Positions 62,718 to 64,000 of a stretch of DNA of 64,000 bases are shown one piece after another. Each line of letters starts with the position of its first letter. Position 1 is the stretch's first letter. The notes beneath the pieces were generated by a model. It had not been told where the DNA came from and made no database searches. It saw only the letters and a list, made by a program, of their open reading frames with translations. The position numbers and the translations under genes are program-made. Origin of the DNA: Phoronis australis (Eukaryota; Animalia; Phoronida); NCBI GenBank assembly GCA_002633005.1, contig NMRA01000272.1, forward strand, positions 507,581 through 571,580, written 5' to 3'.

Positions 62718-64000
62718 GGTTTTGAGCGAATTCCAGTAAACACACGTTTCGTGCTTTGGCAACGTGAATGTCTGACGGACTTAGCGACTCATCGGTCTAC
62801 AGACCAATAACAAACACAGTATATTGTCTACACTGCGTAATTGATTGACGTATTTGACTTTCGGCTCAAATGAATGCTTAAACAATAAAATGTGTGTGGA
62901 GATTAATTTTTCGATGATAAAAAGGTAACACAAAACCTTCTATTTGACTTGTATTGGCTAAGGCTATCGGAAAACAGACCACTGGTGAAATATTAGACGA
63001 AAAATTGTTACACATGATCGGCTTAAGCCCGTGCTTCTGTCAAAACAAGATTTGATGTAGTCTACTTACAGATGTGAAATTGGTCTTACCTTGCTCCTTA
63101 CTCACTTTAAAAGTGACCTCCAGGCTCGAGAAGAGCTGACAATCGAGAATTTCTTCGAAACAAGCTCGTAACATTTCAAATCATATTCTTAATCAATGAC
63201 AAANATCGAGAATTTCTTCGAAACAAGCTCGTAACATTTCAAATCATATTCTTAATCAATGACAAAAATGTTCCATAAAGTTATGTGTATCTGAAGAACA
63301 TGTGAATAGGTTTTATTTTACATTTATGTTTACTTAGACATAAGACATTGTAAACGACATCTTTGTTTGCGTAATCGGTAAGGTTCCTTTTTCACTTTGA
63401 TTTTAAGGAAGGAAAAATAACATAATTGTTGCAGAGGAGAACAGGTTATTGTAACCAAAAAAAAACATAACAAAACTACGAACAGGTCGAGCAACAGAAT
63501 CCTGCTGCCCGAAATGGTGGATGGAAGAAGAAACACCAGAACATCATGTCGGTCGGTGTTTCACTTACCAAAGCATTTGAACAGAACGCTCTTGAAGTAA
63601 ATCAATTTCACTGAAAACTGTCATAACTGAAAAAATATTAAAACACTTGCTGGATATAACCATTGAAATTAAAGCCCAGTGTTTGTTGCAATGGGCCCAT
63701 ATAACGGCTAAGTAACGTGTCGGCTTTTCTTTTTTCGTACTTCATTTCGCAAAATTTTTATTATTATTGTAATAGTAAAAATTATAACTGTTGTCGCATT
63801 TTACGTTGCCTAACAGCCAGCACAAGTGTCGACTCACTCCACCTTGTCAAAAAACTGGAGCTGCGCACCGCGCTAATACTAAGCCAGTCCCAACGTGTTT
63901 AGTGCTTTGATCACGGAGTAACACTTGGGTATATGAAGAACAGCCAGTTTGTCATGGCCGATGGCCAGGATAAAAACATTGGCTGTGTGACGAGTCTGAC

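Noticed and set aside
63142-63266. Exact ~62 bp tandem duplication
   Set aside because: The two identical copies are separated by a single n (63204), the signature of unmerged overlapping contig ends. Likely an assembly artefact.

Overview
AT-rich, intron-containing animal genomic DNA, probably a marine invertebrate (the species cannot be determined). It is not prokaryotic, so most ORF-track entries are noise. By reading splice sites by hand I assembled one minus-strand gene spanning about 51 kb (11874-62717): 11 coding exons, all GT-AG, phases compatible at every junction, 1884 nt, 627 aa. It encodes a predicted secreted protein: signal peptide, PAN/apple domain, an unrecognised Cys-rich module, then three tandem CTHRC1-type C-terminal domains, with no Gly-X-Y collagen segment. 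Each CTHRC1 repeat is encoded by the same three-exon cassette. This looks like a collagen-less, single-chain pseudo-trimeric CTHRC1 relative. The nine CTHRC1 exons are well supported; joining them to the PAN and Cys-rich exons across 8 kb and 18 kb introns is an inference. At the left edge, converging on it, are the last two coding exons of a plus-strand single-pass membrane protein with four cytoplasmic tyrosines. The rest is decayed transposons: L1/Tx1, CR1/L2 and RNase H-bearing LINEs, two Sola3-like elements, a Kolobok-like THAP element, Academ-, pogo- and Harbinger-like remnants, MITEs and microsatellites. There is one N gap and one likely assembly duplication. All family assignments come from motif recognition only; no searches were run.
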